Positions 50,077 through 60,513 of a DNA stretch of 64,000 nt are shown here, in pieces; positions within the stretch are counted from its first letter, which is position 1, and the number at the start of each line of letters is the position of its first letter. The notes below the pieces were generated by a model that was not told where the DNA came from, made no database searches, and worked only from the letters and a program-made list of their open reading frames with translations. The position numbers and the translations under genes were made by a program. This stretch comes from Promethearchaeota archaeon. Lineage in GTDB: Archaea > Asgardarchaeota > Lokiarchaeia > Sigyniarchaeales > SOKP01. The DNA lies in contig JAHPZA010000006.1 in the NCBI GenBank assembly GCA_019058445.1, positions 800,001 through 864,000 of the forward strand. The letters run 5' to 3'.

Positions 50077-53000
50077 TCACTTTTTTTCCATGAGTTCGCG
50101 AATTCTTCTCTTTCTTGCCTCCTTTCGAGCTGCAATCCTCTCTTTAAATTCCTCCTCTTCTTCTTTTAATGTTTTCTCCTTTTCTTCTAATTCTTCTTTT
50201 TTACGTTTAAATGATTCTTCTCGTGCGACTTGTTTATTTTCTAAGGTGCTAATATATCTAGTAATTGACATAATTTCACGAGACCATTCAGGACCAAGTT
50301 TCACAAAAATTTCTTTTGCCGTTGTGGCAAGATCTATTGCTTTCTTAAAATTATTGCGTCGCTCCTCTTTTTTACATTTATCCATGTATTCATATGCAAG
50401 TTCTGATGACAACTCTAAGGGTTTTCCTTCTTCTATTTCAATCCCCTCAATATCAGAGACATCTTTTAATTGTCTTTTCTTTTCAATTCCTTCTCTTAAT
50501 TCCTCAATTTTCGTCTCAATTTGTTCAATATATTGAATGCCAATTTTAGTTTCTTTCAGATTAAAAACTGATTCATTTAATTCTGATATTGCTTTCATAA
50601 TTCGATTCTTAAGTAATGAGACATGTGCTTTGTCTAATGCTATATAGGCAGATTTAAATTTCTCTATATTCTCATTTTCATCAGGTTCTTCTAATACGAT
50701 AAGTGGAACATGGCTTTTATTTTTTAACACATGAATTTGATTGTTAACATCAACAATTTCTTTATCCCAGCCAACTCTTTCCATCATTTTAATGATATCT
50801 TTCAATTTTAAAACTCCTTTATTGTATTTACCATTCTGTATTTCAATATTGGCTCTTTCTAAGTTTTCTTCTATTCTGTCTTTAAGTTTATCAGAGACTC
50901 GTAATTTTTTCAATTTCTCACGCTTTTCTTTTATTTTCGCAGTTTCTAGTTCTTTTCTTTGTTGCTCTGCTTCTAGCAGCATATTTTCAAGATCTTGTTT
51001 CTCCTGCATTTTTTTCTGCTTATATTCTTCAAGTCTTTTTTGTTTTGTCTCCTCCATTTGTAAAGTTAACAATAATTCGTTGTTAATTCGATTTACTTCG
51101 TGAATCCAATCTAATTCTTTAAAAATTTCTTGTGCTTCTATATAAGCATCATAAGCTTCCCTAAATTTCTTTTTCTCTAAAAGTTGGGTACCGTCCTCAA
51201 GGAGGGCATAAGCCCTTTCGGAAGCTTGACTTTCTTTTTCTTTTTGTTTTTGAATCTTTAGCATTTCTTCTCTTTGAAGTTCTTGCTGTAGTCTTTCCAA
51301 CTCCTTAGTTTTAGTTATTTCTTCTTCTAGCTCCATCTCTAAACGTCTCTTTTCTGCTTCCTCTTCTTCAATTGCCTTTTCTCTAAGTTCAAACTCCTTC
51401 TTTTTCCTCTTTATTACAGCTATCGATTCCTGAACCATTTTAAGTCCTTCTGCCCAATTAATCTCAGATATTATGTTCTGACTCTGTTCGTATAATTCAA
51501 TTGCAGAATCAAAATAATCTTGGTCTAATTGTCTTCTTGCTTGATCCATAAGACTAAATGCCTTAAATTTTTTGGACTCTAACTCTTTTTCTTGTTCTCT
51601 TTTTGCAAAAAGTGCCTCTTCTTTTAATTTTAATTGCTTCATCTCCTTTTCTCTTTGCTTCTTAAGGATACGTTGTTGTTCCTCCAACTCGCGTTTTTGT
51701 TTTTCGATTTTTTTGGTTTCTAAAGCTCTTAATTTCTTATCTGCTTCCATTTTTTCTTTATAATAATTTATCGTGTTTATAAGGTCTATTGCTTGATCCT
51801 CCCATCCAATTTCTTCAAAGATGGTTCGAGCATTGCGATACATTTTTATAATCTCTTCGAAAGGAGGTTCTGGGAATATGCCGTCTTTAAGATCTAACTC
51901 ATATCTTTTTGCCATACTTTCAGCATTATCGATTATTTGAAACGCTTCATTTGATAACTCTTCTTGTTGTCTTTTTTGTTCTTCTAATGCCAAAGCCTTC
52001 TTTTCCCTTTCTCTCTGAGCTCTCTCTGCTTTTGATTTTACAGCTAAAGGTCTAACTATTTCTCTTTCAGCTTTACTTTTTTCAAATGCTCGTAATTTTT
52101 CATCTTTTTCTTGCTTATCTTTGTAATAATTTATAGTGTTAATGAGTCCATTTGCTTCATTATCCCATTGATTGTCTTGAAATATTTGTCTTGCTTGTCT
52201 ATATAATTTTATCGCTTCCTCGTAAGGACTTTCAAATTGTAAGATGTTCTTTTCTACTTTTAGCCTTAATTCATATTCTTTCACTAATTTTTCTGCTCTA
52301 TCAATAAGAGAAAAACCATCATCAAAAAACTTCTCTTTCTCTCTTTTTTTAGCCTCTAATATCTTTATTTTACTTTCATCAATTGCTTTAGAATCTTGGG
52401 TTTTTAGATATTCCATGAGTTCTCTGCTTTTAGTTTCCTTTTGCGCCTCAAATTCTCGTAATTTATTATCTTTTTCTAACTTCTCCTCATATAATTGGAT
52501 TTGGCTATTAAATACGAAAGCCTGGTCTATCCATCCTTTTTCCTTAAGATTCTGATATACATCTTTATAGATATTAATAATTTCGGGATAGGGACATTTT
52601 TCTTCAAATTTCCCTTGTCGTATAGCAAATTCATATTTTCTTGCTGTCTCCTCTGCTCGGTCAACTTTCGAACTTATCTCTCTCTGAAAATTTTCTTCTT
52701 CTGCTAAAGTTTCGTATTTCTCTTCCACAGCTTTTATTCTTTTCGCTTCACCCTCTAATTCTTGCTCAGCTTTTATTAAAAATTGTTCCTCAAAATCTTT
52801 TTGTTTCTGTAGTTTTAACCTTTCAATTTCTCGCAATTTTTTATCTTGCTCGTATTTATCTTGATATAACTGAATTTGTCGCCGATAAATAGCAGCTTCA
52901 TCACTCCATCCCTTTTCTAAGAGTTTTTTCTTTACTTGTTCATAGAGTTCTATTATCACGGAATAAGGACAAGATTCCTCAAATTTCCCCCTTCGAAGTG

Positions 53001-56000
53001 AAAGCTCATACTTTCTTGCCATTGAATCTGCCTCATCAACCATTTTCGCGATTTCGTTCTCAAAATTTTCTTCTTCAATTTCTCTTTGATATTGCTCCTC
53101 TACTGCTTTTAATTTTTCTAAATCTTCTTCTAATTGCTTATCCTCTTTCTGAATCTTTCGAAGTTCTTCAAATTCTTTTTGTTTTTGGGCTTTTTGAGCT
53201 TCAATTTCACGAAGTCTCTTATCATTTTCTAGTTTACCTATATAATAATTCACCTGTTTAGTATAAATATTCGCTTGCTCAGACCAGCCTCTTTCAATTA
53301 ATTTATTCTTTGCTTCTGTGTAAAGATCAATTATCTCTTGATATGGACAGTTTTCTTCGAATTTTCCTAGTCGGATGGCAAATTCATACTTTCTTGCCAT
53401 TTCTTCCGCTTGATCGACCATTTTAGCAATTTCATTTTCAAAATTCGCATCTTCTAATTCTTTTTGATATATTTCTTCTGCTAATTTTAACTTTTCCAAA
53501 TCTGCTTTTATTTGTTTGTCATCTTCTTTTATCTTAATAGAATCCTCATATACTTTTTGTTTTTGAGCTTTTTGAGCTTCTATCTCTCTTAATTTTTTAT
53601 CTTTTTCTAACTTCCCTAAATAGAGATTTATTTGCTTCGCATAAATTAAAGCTTGTTCAGACCAACCTCTTTCAACTAATTTATTCTTCGCATCAGAATA
53701 AATCTCAATTACTTCCTGATAAGGGCATATCACTTCAAACTTTCCTTGTCTAATGGCAAATTCATATTTTCTTACCATTTCTTCAGCTTTATTGACCATA
53801 TTTGTTATCATAGTTTGGAACTTTTCATCTTCAAGTTCCTTTTGATATTGAATTTCTGCGGTTTTTAATTTTTCTTCGTCCTTCTTTAGCATTTTCAACT
53901 CTTGCTTGGATTTAAAAGTTTCTTCAAACTCTTTCTGTTTTTGAGCTTTTTGAGCTTCTATCTCCCTTAATTTTTTATCTTTCTCTAATTTTCCTAGGTA
54001 AAGATTAATTTGTTTAGTATAATTGTTGGCTTGCTCAGACCAGCCTCTTTCAATTAATTTATTTTTTACTTCGGTGTAAATGTCAATTATTTCTTGATAT
54101 GGACAGGTTTCCTCAAAATTCCCTTGTCGTATTGCAAATTCATATCTTCTTGCTATTTCTTCTGCTTTATTAACCAATTCAGTAATCTTCTTTTGAAATA
54201 CATCTTCTTCAAAATCTTTGCGATGTCTTTCCTCAACTTCTTTTAAGTGGTCTAAATTTGTCTTTAATTGTCCATTTTCCGTGCTTGCTTTGATGAGTTC
54301 TTCATATTCCAATTGTTTTTTTAATTTTTGACCCTCAATCTCTCGTAATATTATATCTTTTTCTAATTTTTCTTTTATTAATTTAATCTGGTTACCATAA
54401 ATCATTGCCTCCTCTTTCCAATCTCTCTCCAGTAATTGTTTTCTAATATCTTCATAAATTTCAATTACATTTTGATAGGGAGGCTCTGATTCGAAATTTC
54501 CCTTTTTAATTTCCGCTTCATAATCTCGAATCATTTTTTCTGCTTTAGTAACTTTTCCATCAATCTGGTTCTGAAAAGTTTCATCTTCAGCCTCTTTCTT
54601 AATCCTCTCTTGAGCAAAAAGTATTTTTTTATATTCAGATCTCTTACGTTCTCCTAATTTCATCGCTTCTAAATGTGCCTTTTCTTTCTCGGTCTTGTGA
54701 GCTTCAATTTCTCTTAAGAATTGGTCTTTTTCTAATTTATCGTTAAGTATTTTGATTTGATTCTGATATATTATTGCCTGATCGTTCCAATTACGCTCAA
54801 TTAGCTTTTGTCTGATATCTCTATAAACCTTTATCACATCCTTATAAGGAGGTTCTAGGTTGAAATTTCCTTTCTTTATTTCAAGCTCATAATTTCTAAT
54901 TAATTTCTCTGCTTCAGATATCTGACTTTCTATCTGGTTCTGAAAAATTTCGTCTTCTAACTCTTTTCTTAATTTCTCATCAGCAGCTTTCAATTTTTTA
55001 TGCTTAGACTTTTTACGTTCACTTAATTTCATTGATTCTAAATATTCGGCGTCCTTTTGTTTTTTCTGAGTTTCAATTTCGCGCAATCGCTCATCATGAG
55101 TTTGTTTTTCTCTTAATAGCTTAATTTGATTTGAGTAGATATTTGCTTGCTCATTCCAGTTACGCTCCAATAATTGTTTTTTAATATCTTCATAAACTTC
55201 TATTACTTTTAGATATGGAGGTTCTGATTCGAAATTTCCCTTTTTAATTTGAATCTCATATTCTCTAATCTGATTTTCTGCCCTTGTGACTCGTTCAGTA
55301 ATCTGATCTTGAAATTGTTCATCCTCCATATCTCTCATTAATTTATCTTCTACTGCTTTCATTTTGCCCTCATCGATTTTTCGTTTTTCTCTGAGCTTTA
55401 AAGAGTCTTGATATTCTTTCTCTTTTTCCCTTTTTTGAACCTCAATTTTCCGTAACTTTTCATCTTGTGTGATCTTCTCTTGAACTAGTTTAATCTGATT
55501 TAGATATATATTCGCTTGTTCATTCCAATTATGTTCTAATAATTCCTTTCTAATCTCTCTATAAATCCCCAACACGTTTAGATAAGGAGGTTGTGATTCG
55601 AAATTTCCTTTTTTAATTTGAATCTCATATTCTCTAATCAGATTTTCTGCCTTAGTAACTCGTTCAGTAATCTGATCTTGAAATTTTTCATCCTCCAAGT
55701 CTCTCATTAGTTTATCTTCAACAGCTTTCATTTTGCTCTCATCGATTTTCTTTTCTTTCCTGACTTTTATTGCTTCTTGGTATTCTTTATCTTTTTCTAT
55801 TTTTTGAGCTTCTAATTCTCTTAGCTTCTGGTCGGACACTTGTTTGTCTTTTACTAATTTGATCTGATTTAAATATATATTCGCTTGCTCAATCCAGTTA
55901 CGTTCTAAAAATTGTTTTCTAATATCTTCATATATTTCTAAAACATTTTGATAGGGGGGTTCATTATCAAAATTCCCTTTTTTAATTTGAATCTCATATT

Positions 56001-56880
56001 CTCTAATCAGATTTTCTGCCTCAGTAACTCGTTCAGTAATTTCATCTTGAAATTTTTCATCTTCCATATCTCTCAATAGTTTATCTTCAACTGCTTTCAT
56101 TTTGCCCTCGTCGATTTTCTTTTCCTTCCTGACTTTTATTGCTTCTTGGTATTCTTTATCTTTTTCTATTTTTTGAGCTTCTAATTCCCTTAGCTTCTGG
56201 TCGTTCGCTTGTTTCTCTTTTATTAATTTGATCTGATTTAAATATATATTCGCTTGCTCAATCCAGTTACGTTCTAATAATCTATTTCTAATATCTTCAT
56301 AGATCTCTATTACCTCTTGGAATGGGGGCTCTGATTCGAAATTTCCTTTTTTTATCTCCAATTCATAATTCCGTAAAAGATTTTCCGCGTCAGTTACTTT
56401 TTTATCAATATCTTCTTGTAATTTTTCGTCCTCAAACTCTTTTTTATATTTTTTTTCTACTGCTTTTAGCTTTTCAATATCAATTTCTTCTTGTTTTTTA
56501 ATTTTGAATGAATCTTGATATTCTCTCTCTTTTTCTCTTTTTTGAGCCTCAATATTACGTAACTTGTTATCTTGTGCTTGTTTCTGATTTAAAATTTTGA
56601 TTTGATTTGAATACACATTTGCTTGCTCATTCCATCCTTTTTCAAGCAACTGCTCTCTAATATTAGTATAAATCTCTATTACATTTTGATAAGGTGGGTT
56701 AATATCGAAATTTCCTTTTTTAATTTTCAACTCATATTCTCTGATTAATTTATCCGCTTCTGTAATTTGCTCATCAATTTGTTTCTGAAATTTCTCATCT
56801 TCAAATTGTTTTTTGTATTTATCCTCAACTTTCTTCAGTTTTTTTATTTCAGATTCTTCTTTCTGATTGTCTTCGTCCAT
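50077..56880 (-). CDS. Giant (2267 aa) E/K/Q-rich all-helical repeat protein
   Basis: About 14 copies of a 123-126-aa unit (AE.LIREYE..IKKGNF..EPPY..VIEIY..IR..LLE..W.EQA.IY.NQI), then about 5 degenerate TPR/MIT-like hairpins. Confidence 0.9.
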   Translation of the reverse strand: MDEDNQKEESEIKKLKKVEDKYKKQFEDEKFQKQIDEQITEADKLIREYELKIKKGNFDINPPYQNVIEIYTNIREQLLEKGWNEQANVYSNQIKILNQKQAQDNKLRNIEAQKREKEREYQDSFKIKKQEEIDIEKLKAVEKKYKKEFEDEKLQEDIDKKVTDAENLLRNYELEIKKGNFESEPPFQEVIEIYEDIRNRLLERNWIEQANIYLNQIKLIKEKQANDQKLRELEAQKIEKDKEYQEAIKVRKEKKIDEGKMKAVEDKLLRDMEDEKFQDEITERVTEAENLIREYEIQIKKGNFDNEPPYQNVLEIYEDIRKQFLERNWIEQANIYLNQIKLVKDKQVSDQKLRELEAQKIEKDKEYQEAIKVRKEKKIDESKMKAVEDKLMRDLEDEKFQDQITERVTKAENLIREYEIQIKKGNFESQPPYLNVLGIYREIRKELLEHNWNEQANIYLNQIKLVQEKITQDEKLRKIEVQKREKEKEYQDSLKLREKRKIDEGKMKAVEDKLMRDMEDEQFQDQITERVTRAENQIREYEIQIKKGNFESEPPYLKVIEVYEDIKKQLLERNWNEQANIYSNQIKLLREKQTHDERLREIETQKKQKDAEYLESMKLSERKKSKHKKLKAADEKLRKELEDEIFQNQIESQISEAEKLIRNYELEIKKGNFNLEPPYKDVIKVYRDIRQKLIERNWNDQAIIYQNQIKILNDKLEKDQFLREIEAHKTEKEKAHLEAMKLGERKRSEYKKILFAQERIKKEAEDETFQNQIDGKVTKAEKMIRDYEAEIKKGNFESEPPYQNVIEIYEDIRKQLLERDWKEEAMIYGNQIKLIKEKLEKDIILREIEGQKLKKQLEYEELIKASTENGQLKTNLDHLKEVEERHRKDFEEDVFQKKITELVNKAEEIARRYEFAIRQGNFEETCPYQEIIDIYTEVKNKLIERGWSEQANNYTKQINLYLGKLEKDKKLREIEAQKAQKQKEFEETFKSKQELKMLKKDEEKLKTAEIQYQKELEDEKFQTMITNMVNKAEEMVRKYEFAIRQGKFEVICPYQEVIEIYSDAKNKLVERGWSEQALIYAKQINLYLGKLEKDKKLREIEAQKAQKQKVYEDSIKIKEDDKQIKADLEKLKLAEEIYQKELEDANFENEIAKMVDQAEEMARKYEFAIRLGKFEENCPYQEIIDLYTEAKNKLIERGWSEQANIYTKQVNYYIGKLENDKRLREIEAQKAQKQKEFEELRKIQKEDKQLEEDLEKLKAVEEQYQREIEEENFENEIAKMVDEADSMARKYELSLRRGKFEESCPYSVIIELYEQVKKKLLEKGWSDEAAIYRRQIQLYQDKYEQDKKLREIERLKLQKQKDFEEQFLIKAEQELEGEAKRIKAVEEKYETLAEEENFQREISSKVDRAEETARKYEFAIRQGKFEEKCPYPEIINIYKDVYQNLKEKGWIDQAFVFNSQIQLYEEKLEKDNKLREFEAQKETKSRELMEYLKTQDSKAIDESKIKILEAKKREKEKFFDDGFSLIDRAEKLVKEYELRLKVEKNILQFESPYEEAIKLYRQARQIFQDNQWDNEANGLINTINYYKDKQEKDEKLRAFEKSKAEREIVRPLAVKSKAERAQREREKKALALEEQKRQQEELSNEAFQIIDNAESMAKRYELDLKDGIFPEPPFEEIIKMYRNARTIFEEIGWEDQAIDLINTINYYKEKMEADKKLRALETKKIEKQKRELEEQQRILKKQREKEMKQLKLKEEALFAKREQEKELESKKFKAFSLMDQARRQLDQDYFDSAIELYEQSQNIISEINWAEGLKMVQESIAVIKRKKKEFELREKAIEEEEAEKRRLEMELEEEITKTKELERLQQELQREEMLKIQKQKEKESQASERAYALLEDGTQLLEKKKFREAYDAYIEAQEIFKELDWIHEVNRINNELLLTLQMEETKQKRLEEYKQKKMQEKQDLENMLLEAEQQRKELETAKIKEKREKLKKLRVSDKLKDRIEENLERANIEIQNGKYNKGVLKLKDIIKMMERVGWDKEIVDVNNQIHVLKNKSHVPLIVLEEPDENENIEKFKSAYIALDKAHVSLLKNRIMKAISELNESVFNLKETKIGIQYIEQIETKIEELREGIEKKRQLKDVSDIEGIEIEEGKPLELSSELAYEYMDKCKKEERRNNFKKAIDLATTAKEIFVKLGPEWSREIMSITRYISTLENKQVAREESFKRKKEELEEKEKTLKEEEEEFKERIAARKEARKRRIRELMEKK
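52440..56800 (-). repeat. Intragenic tandem repeat, 369-bp unit (about 378 bp in the second block)
   Basis: ATCTGATTT recurs at 55493, 55862 and 56231 (spacing 369). GACCAGCCTCTTTCAATTAATTT recurs at 53282 and 54038 (2x378). Boundaries approximate. Confidence 0.85.
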
Positions 56881-57123
56881 TTTTCTCCACTATTAATTGG
56901 CATTTTATAAGAATTATATATTAATATAATAGTTTAGGAATTCTTAAAAATTCCCTATGATTCATGAAATCTATTTTAAAGATATATAAGTTAAATTATC
57001 TTTTAGAAACTAGAGAAAATTTAAAGCATATATAATTTACTTTTATTCGATTTCTTGTTACTTCAATTGAATATCTTTAAATATAAAAATTAAGATCTAT
57101 ATTTCGTTTTTCCAAAAAGGATT

Positions 57124-58866
57124 TTATCTTTGCAATTTATGAGCCTCAATATCCCTTAAAATTTTATCGCGTTCATATTTTTCAGTGTAGACCTGAATTT
57201 GGCTCACATAAATCATTGCTTGGTCCTTCCAACCTTTTTGAAGTAGCATCTCGCGCAATTTTTCATAGATTTCTATAATTTTAAGATAGGGTGCTTCCAA
57301 TTCGAGAAGTTTTTTCTCTCTTATAGCTTTCTTTTTTTTAGCTTCATAATCTCTTTCCATTTTATCAGCTTCTTCAACTAAGGAAGTAATTAAATTTTGA
57401 AATTTTGCCTCTTCAATCTCACCCTTATATTTACTTAAGATTTTCTCATCGAGGTCTTTTAATTTTTCAGCATCATCAGCTTTTAATTTCAAGGAATCTA
57501 TATAGGCTTTTTCTTTTTCTTTTTTTTGAGCTTCAACTGCCCTTAATTTATTATCGTTCTCCAGTTTTGAATTATAAATCCTGATTTGGTTAGTGTAAAT
57601 ATCAACTTGATCCATCCATTCCCTTTCTATTAATTTTTGGCGAATTTCAGTATAAATATCTATTACTTTCTGGTATGGCGGATCCACTTTAAAGTTCCCT
57701 TTCTTTATCTCTAATTCATAATTTCTTACCATTTTTTCAGTGTTTCCTACAGTTTCAGTTATAAAATTTTGGAATTTCTCATCTTCAAACCCTTTTTTTA
57801 GCTTAGCTTCAATGCTCTTAAATCTCTCTTCTCTCTTACTATCTTCTTCTAATTCTCTCGTTACTTTCCCTGTTCTCATTATATCTTGGTATTCTCGATC
57901 TTTTTTAGCTTTCGTGGCTTCTAATTCCCTAATTTTTATATCTTTTGTCAATTTCTCTTTGTATATTTGGATTTGATTTGCATAAATTTTTGCTTGGTCA
58001 ACCCATCCTCTTTCAATAAGCAATTTGCGTGCTTCTTCATACATTATTATTACATCAGGATATACACATTGGTCTTCGAATTGACCATCTTTTAACGCTC
58101 TTAATTTTTGTGATTCATATTCACGAGCCATTTTATTCGCTCTGTTCACCAGATCTGTAATCCTTCTTTGCAGTTCTTCATCCTCAAATTCTTTTTTATA
58201 TCTCTCTTCAACAGATTTTAATCTCTCAATCTCTACCTCTAATGTATCTCCCTCCTGCGCTACCCTTTTTTCCGCAATTTGGTCACTTGGTTGTGTATAA
58301 GCTTTTGAATTTACTGTGAAGTCAACTTCCTCTTGTTCTTTCTTGGGTTCTCGTAGAAATTTAGCTTTAGAAACATAACATTGTTCAATTAATTTATAGA
58401 TATTTTCAGCTTCAGAACTCCGATTATTCTCATTAAGTATTGTTATTGCTTCATCATACTTACTAAGCGCCTCTTCAAATTTATGTGTCTCAACAAGTGC
58501 TTTTGCCACCTCAACTAGTTGTTCTGCTGTCGGAGCAGAGGTCGTCTCAGATATCTTTTGTTCCGGAGCCATTTTAATTATTTCTTTTTCTTGATCTGCT
58601 GAAATTGCTCCTGCTACTGAAACGATTTTATCTTTATCAGTTTCCTTCTTATCATCATCTTTCTTGTTTTCTTTTAAATTATATATTTCTGCAATCTTTT
58701 TTCTTAAAGCATTTACCTCTTCTTCTTTGTTAATTTGCTCATATAATCTTAGAGCTTTTCGCAAGATTTCAATAGAATCATCATATAATTTCAAATCTAA
58801 CAAGGAGATTGCATGTCGTGCTAATTCTAAAGCTTCTTGATTTATTTTTTCTTCCATATTCCTCAT
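57124..58866 (-). CDS. Helical repeat protein related to 50077-56880, with N-terminal TPR-like hairpins
   Basis: Two TPR-like pairs (YDDSIEILRKALRLY; FEEALSKYDEAITIL), then three copies of the same repeat (CVYPDV, PPYQKV, APYLKI ... W.DQ..IY..QI). Confidence 0.88.
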   Translation of the reverse strand: MRNMEEKINQEALELARHAISLLDLKLYDDSIEILRKALRLYEQINKEEEVNALRKKIAEIYNLKENKKDDDKKETDKDKIVSVAGAISADQEKEIIKMAPEQKISETTSAPTAEQLVEVAKALVETHKFEEALSKYDEAITILNENNRSSEAENIYKLIEQCYVSKAKFLREPKKEQEEVDFTVNSKAYTQPSDQIAEKRVAQEGDTLEVEIERLKSVEERYKKEFEDEELQRRITDLVNRANKMAREYESQKLRALKDGQFEDQCVYPDVIIMYEEARKLLIERGWVDQAKIYANQIQIYKEKLTKDIKIRELEATKAKKDREYQDIMRTGKVTRELEEDSKREERFKSIEAKLKKGFEDEKFQNFITETVGNTEKMVRNYELEIKKGNFKVDPPYQKVIDIYTEIRQKLIEREWMDQVDIYTNQIRIYNSKLENDNKLRAVEAQKKEKEKAYIDSLKLKADDAEKLKDLDEKILSKYKGEIEEAKFQNLITSLVEEADKMERDYEAKKKKAIREKKLLELEAPYLKIIEIYEKLREMLLQKGWKDQAMIYVSQIQVYTEKYERDKILRDIEAHKLQR

Positions 58867-59131
58867 ATTAGATATTATTTGTTCCGAATAGGCAAATAGA
58901 TGACACTAAATTTTTTTTTCCTCAACAATTTATTCCTGATTGATAACCTAATTCAAATAAAATAAGTTATTAATAAAGAGCTATTAAACCTAATTCTATT
59001 CTTCTATTATATTAAATAGTTTTTTAATATTTTAAACTTATTAGTTATGATATAAATTGAAAAGTATAAAAATTTTATAGAAAATCGAAATTATAGTATA
59101 GGAAAACAGGACTAAGATAATTTATATTGAG

Positions 59132-59530
59132 CTAAAGCTCAAAATCCTTGAAGTTTCTATTAAGAACTTCATCACAAATCTGTCCGCCCTCGCTAGTTAA
59201 AATCCATCCAGAGGACTCTTGCGTTATAAGCCCTAAATTCTCAACCTCATTTAAAATTTTTTTAATTTCCGCATCAGTTTTATGAATATTAAAATCAACA
59301 TTTAAACTTAGGATAATATCATCAATTTTAACAGGACCACCAAGTTCATCTTCCATTACTCCGATAGCTGCGATAATTTCTCTTTGTTCTAACATCGTTT
59401 TATCCATTTTTCCAGATACTTCATCAAGAAGCCACGGATGTTTAGCTAACATCTTTTTAATTTTTGATTCGTCTCCAGAACGAAAAATAGCCTCAAATTC
59501 TTCTCTTATTTTCTTTTTTTTCTTCCCCAT
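59132..59530 (-). CDS. Hypothetical protein with C-terminal winged-helix-like domain
   Basis: EIKKILNEVENLGLITQESSGWILTSEG fits a wHTH wing pattern. Confidence 0.7.
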   Translation of the reverse strand: MGKKKKKIREEFEAIFRSGDESKIKKMLAKHPWLLDEVSGKMDKTMLEQREIIAAIGVMEDELGGPVKIDDIILSLNVDFNIHKTDAEIKKILNEVENLGLITQESSGWILTSEGGQICDEVLNRNFKDFEL

Positions 59531-59695
59531 TGAGGTTACCTTGATTTTTTAGGATTCTCCTAGAATAACTCTTAGTTATTATAATATTTTTTCTTAACAC
59601 TAATAAATCTTAACTTATTAGATTAAATTCAAGTTATTAATTTAGGTGTAATTAATTTTAAAGATTATATAATTAAATGATTTGAAAAAAAGAGC

Positions 59696-60415
59696 TTATA
59701 TTAATTCAGATATGTATTTCCCAACTTCTTCTTTTGAACATAATTTAAACTTTTTATCCTCTGATTTAATATAAGCAATCCTAATATTTTCTTTACTTAA
59801 ATCTTCATCAATAGATTCTTTGAGAGCATTGAGAGCTAAATTTATAATATCACTAAAACTCATATCTTCTTTATAGTTGTTTTGAATATATTCCCTTGCT
59901 TGAGCTTCCCCACTTCCCAATGCATACGCTTTATAAGGTCGATATATTCCACTCGGAGATGTAGTATAAATCTGGGTACCAGTACTATCAACGGCAATAA
60001 AAAACAATGAACATCCAAAAGGCCTAATGCCTCCGTATTGAGTATATATTTGTTTTAAATCCGCAATAGATTTAACCAGCATATTTAACCTAACCGGTTC
60101 ATCATAAGTTAATCGGAAAGATTGTGCTTGGACTCGAGCATAATTTATTAATACTCTTGAATCCGCGTGTAATCCTGAAATTGCCACGCCAATATGCTCG
60201 TCAACCTGAAATATTTTATCTATGGAATCCGGATCCATTAATTTTGAAGGAATTTTAATTTGAGCGGCTAAGCATACGCCTTCCTTAGATCCAATCGCAA
60301 CGGCTAAGGTACCACGTCTTACTGCCTCTAATGCATATTCAACTTGATATAGGCGCCCCTCTGGACTAAAAACTGTAAGGGCCCGATCATATTTAATTTG
60401 TCCACCGCCGAACAT
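59696..60415 (-). CDS. psmA: 20S proteasome alpha subunit
   Basis: YDRALTVFSPEGRLYQVEYALEAV, ISGLHAD, YTQYGGIRPFG. Confidence 0.96.
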   Translation of the reverse strand: MFGGGQIKYDRALTVFSPEGRLYQVEYALEAVRRGTLAVAIGSKEGVCLAAQIKIPSKLMDPDSIDKIFQVDEHIGVAISGLHADSRVLINYARVQAQSFRLTYDEPVRLNMLVKSIADLKQIYTQYGGIRPFGCSLFFIAVDSTGTQIYTTSPSGIYRPYKAYALGSGEAQAREYIQNNYKEDMSFSDIINLALNALKESIDEDLSKENIRIAYIKSEDKKFKLCSKEEVGKYISELI

Positions 60416-60513
60416 AATTATACATCTAAATGTTTTTTGTTTTAAATAAGTAATTTCTTACTAATTAGAAATTATTACAGAATTTTAATTTATTGATTAT
60501 AAAAAATTATGAT

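Noticed and set aside
50090-53261. Ser/Phe/Leu-rich + strand ORFs
   Set aside because: Antisense shadows of the Glu/Lys-rich giant protein.
52440-56800. Long DNA repeats as CRISPR array or mobile element
   Set aside because: The units are multiples of 3 (369/378 bp), lie within one ORF and have no spacer structure or terminal repeats.
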